Part shown: one piece after another, positions 63,463-64,000 of the stretch
How the letters are laid out: each line of letters opens with the position of its first letter
How positions within the stretch are numbered: the first letter of the stretch is position 1
Assembly: GCF_000143415.4 (NCBI RefSeq)
Contig: NW_003314420.1
Location: forward strand, 107,569 to 171,568
DNA: 64,000 nucleotides
Source: Selaginella moellendorffii
Lineage: Eukaryota > Plantae > Lycopodiophyta
Direction of reading: 5' to 3'
The notes under the pieces: model-generated
What the model saw: only the letters and a program-made list of their open reading frames with translations
What the model was told of the DNA's origin: nothing
Databases searched by the model: none
Program-made: the position numbers and the translations under genes

Positions 63463-63945
63463 ATGTGAAGGCCGGATCCTCACCCCTGTATTTCCCATCT
63501 GGCCAGATTCCAAAGCCTCTGCCATCCACAAACGTTCTCCAGGAGCTGGCTGTGAGGTGGAAGAAACAAAGCATCTGCAAACTCCACGGCATCCTCCACA
63601 ATCTCCTTGATCTTCTTTTCAATGGCTTTCAACTCCACCTCACTGGCCAGTCTTTCTTCCAGCAAGTACTTCTTGAAAGAAGAAAGAAGGGATGGGGTTG
63701 CGAGGAGCATACTTGCTCTTTTGCTCTGGACAGAAAGAAAAAACAAAGTTTAGCTTCCAAAGAACCAGAAGAGAGAGAAGAACAAAGCGAGGCACTTACC
63801 AGGCTTCCAGAGCTCATCCAGATCAGTAAGACAATGACCGATAAGCCTCACACTCCACTAATGTTGGGCCGTCACACTCCAAGCTCTCGCAATGGCTTCC
63901 TTGGCCACGTGGCCAACTTTGAGCACGTCCATTCCATCAATGTGA
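63463..63945 (-). pseudogene. Plastid pyruvate dehydrogenase E1-alpha C-terminal fragment, frameshifted
   Basis: IDGMDVLKV..AKEAIARA, GHCLTDLDEL, FKKYLLEERLASEVELKAIEKKIKEIVEDAVEFADA..SQLLENV, GRGFGIWPDGKYRGEDPAFT; one intron retained. Confidence 0.85.
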
Positions 63946-64000
63946 ATGTTGAAAAACTAAGGAAGAAGAGAAAAACTCTATTGCTCAGATATCATCATCG

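Overview
Eukaryotic nuclear DNA from a land plant that probably has flagellated sperm. It carries epsilon-tubulin and LRRC9 genes with ~50-bp introns, TTTAGGG repeats and iMet-primed Ty3/gypsy elements; a Selaginella-like lycophyte is a guess only. There are two apparently intact host genes (TUBE1 474-2594 minus; LRRC9-like ~19139-24707 minus) and several gene relics (At3g07400-like lipase, CFIm25, SGR2/DDHD, plastid PDH-E1alpha). Most of 7-18 kb and 25-61 kb is a nest of LTR retroelements: chromovirus families A and B, non-coding LARD-like families C and E, and a TRIM. A 6.9-kb Sola-like DNA transposon and several inversions are also present. Main finding: chromovirus family A has two short GT-AG spliceosomal-type introns (47 and 52 bp) inside its integrase, identical in position in two copies. 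Each has an in-frame stop, and removing them restores canonical integrase motifs. A third predicted intron would excise the LTR end and primer-binding site. This suggests a retrotransposon that separates a spliced, RT-incompetent mRNA from an unspliced genomic RNA. Splicing is inferred from sequence only.
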